DNA of 64,000 bases. Source: Aplysia californica. Lineage: Eukaryota. Where the stretch lies: positions 53,776 through 117,775 of the forward strand of contig NW_004798004.1 of assembly GCF_000002075.1 (NCBI RefSeq), given 5' to 3'. Below are positions 61,984 to 64,000 of this stretch, in pieces. The notes under the pieces are model-generated. The model was not told the DNA's origin, did no database searches, and saw only the letters and a list, made by a program, of their open reading frames with translations. How positions within the stretch are numbered: position 1 is the first letter of the stretch; each line of letters begins with the position of its first letter. Position numbers and translations under genes: made by a program.

Positions 61984-62329
61984 TTCATGAAAAAAGTCAA
62001 CAGGATCAGGTTCAACAGCCTGACCTCGAACTCGTCCTCCTCTGACCTTGACACGATATCCGTGACTTCGCAAGTTGCGTATCAAAGCACCCGGGGTCGG
62101 CCCAGATCGTGCCCTCCGTTCAAGAGACTCGCCCTGCATCAGCCGACCCCCGACGGTTGTGCCGCTGGAAGGAAGAGCAAAAAGTTTTACTCGGCAGTGG
62201 GCTCGGGTCTGGTCGTCCGCGGGGGCCCGGGAGGGAAGTTTTTGCGACAGAAGAGTGCTGTCGAGGGGGTCGGAGCTCAGGAAATCCTGGCCAGTGAGGA
62301 CAGTTTGGACGACATTTCCAGCTTTGGTG
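61984..62329 (+). CDS. TSC1: Hamartin coding exon 14 (FMKKVNRIRFNSLT...RPRSCPPF...ISSFG); gene continues beyond the window
   Basis: cacag / gtgag; no stop codon, and the C-terminal coiled coil is not yet reached. Confidence 0.83.
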
Positions 62330-63375
62330 GTGAGAGACTCCTCGTTTTTTTGTTCAGCTTTGATTATATATGATTTTATGAAAGAATTTTTTACAAGAAG
62401 GACTTGAGTAAACTCAAAAGATGTTGGGTACAAGTAAGAAAGATTTGTAGTTTCCTGAAATGTTTAATTCTTGAGTTTGTGTAAAAGCTTGAGTGCTTGT
62501 GTATATGTGTGTCGTATAGTGTCTACTTTCTTCATTCCAGTACAGTTTCATGCAGCATGAGTTCTTTTAATTCAAGTTATTTTCTAGCGGGAAGGGTTGC
62601 TGTTTTCCAGTCTTTGTCCAGAGAATAAATGCACCTGTAGGGATTTACACCAGCGTCATCTGCGTTATAGTTCAACGCAACGCCCACTGAGGTGGTGATA
62701 CAGACAGATCAGGGATACTAGAACCGTCGAGTTGTTGTTTAGAATAAAGGAAAATACTACGCCTTAGAACCCATAGTTCTCATGGCTGATGAACATTAAG
62801 ATGTGAGCACTGCTTTTTAGATTGGTAAACAATGTTGAAGGAAATGGTTAACATAAATTGACTGCTCAGTGTAAGACTGCGGTATACTTTACTTTTCAAA
62901 ATGGCATATGGTGGAGTCTTGCACTCAGCAGTGGAAATGGAAGACTAACTTCACCCTGCTGACACCCATGAGGTCTCTGGTTACTGCTCTGTACTTGGAC
63001 AGCAGAGACTGTCTGCATTACAAAGATGCTGGTCATAGTGCTAAGATAAAGAGCTAATGGGGGTCAACTTTATCAATTGGACAGCAATGATGAGAAGAAT
63101 TTTGCGGGAAAAAAAGACTGGGGTTCTCACTGGAAGTTAGTCTTAATTGTGGACGTAACAAGTTTTACAACGGTTGTTTTAATACGCGTCAATGAAATTC
63201 AGTTGTCTTGAGTGTCTATGGTCTAAGCTGAAAATTTAGATTCAACATCAGCACGCTTCTCTTCTTAAAAATGGCTGGTTAAGATGAACGCACATAGTGT
63301 TTCTCGGCCACTGGCTCATGCCATATGTAGATTTGCATTGACAATCAGCAGGGTTTACTGTCAAAGCAAACTGCA

Positions 63376-63485
63376 AGTGGTTGGAGGGCGTCACAGGTAG
63401 GTCCTTCTTCTTTTCCTTCCCTCTGTTGTTTCTGCCTGTCTTACTTTTTCCCAGCACTAAATGACCATTATTGTATCGATGTACT
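63376..63485 (+). mobile_element. Family B short element related to family A
   Basis: Starts gtggttggaggg and ends cagcactaaatgaccattattgt; body shared with 31500-31566 + 31743-31790. Confidence 0.55.
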
Positions 63486-63714
63486 TCTCTGTACTCAAAT
63501 GAAATGAAACAAACGAACAAACAAACAAAACAAATTGATACTTTTTTTTCCCATCTCAGGCAGCCACCTCTTAAATCACCTAATAGTTTTGATAGGGGCG
63601 TTAAATTGATACCATGCACGCACGTATGACTTTATGCAGTTGTGAGCACCTTAAAACACTTACCCCCCCCCCCCCCCCCGAAAAAAAAGATACTGCAAAA
63701 CAAAAAAAACCCAA

Positions 63715-63930
63715 CTTAAACACGACTGTACATTCCAACTTGCAGTTTAAGGTCATCAGCTGACAAAAAGAAATTTATTTTACCATCTATGAAACTTAAA
63801 ACAATGGGTGAAAGGGCATTTGAATACCAAGGCCCCAGGATCTGGAATGCTTTACCAAGTACTTTAAGAGAGATCAAATCTTTTGATTCATTCAAATGTC
63901 AGCTGAAGTTGTTTCTGTTTTTAAATTAAT
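63715..63930 (+). mobile_element. L2/CR1-group LINE ORF2 C-terminal remnant
   Basis: Translates to ...SLRSS...KTMGERAFEYQGPRIWNALPSTLREIKSFDSFKCQLKLFLF. Confidence 0.8.
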
Positions 63931-64000
63931 AAGATGAATATTTGGAATAATTTTCTTTAGTCAGAACACAACGTTATATGTTACTGTTGTACGTTGTACT

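Noticed and set aside
62580-63250. A further TSC1 exon
   Set aside because: Candidate acceptors at 62587, 62610 and 62621 all reach in-frame stops in the required phase.

Overview
Intron-rich animal genomic DNA, not prokaryotic. A mollusc or gastropod origin is inferred from the repeat content only. Three spliced genes can be reconstructed with GT-AG introns and consistent phases. (1) On the minus strand, a 9-exon, 286-aa PhyH-family Fe(II)/2-oxoglutarate dioxygenase (CDS 18189->3175). (2) Head-to-head with it, a 10-exon, 710-aa QSOX sulfhydryl oxidase (18672->33557). (3) TSC1/hamartin (ATG 50211; 14 coding exons to 62329; the gene continues past the window). Introns carry MITEs, tRNA/CORE-type SINEs, LINE remnants, a palindromic (TAGATC)n array and a 24-bp minisatellite. 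The most striking signal is a ~175-bp TSD-flanked retroposon with about 20 copies and no recognisable Pol III head. All 17 intronic copies are co-oriented with their host gene, and orientation flips with gene strand. Copies cluster beside exons and are nearly absent from promoter-proximal introns. Four end 12-40 nt upstream of real acceptors with a TACTAA branch-point-like tail. An 88-bp duplication of the last QSOX acceptor also creates a decoy splice site that would give an oxidase-dead truncated QSOX. Coordinates were read by eye: exon boundaries were phase-checked, and repeat boundaries are approximate.
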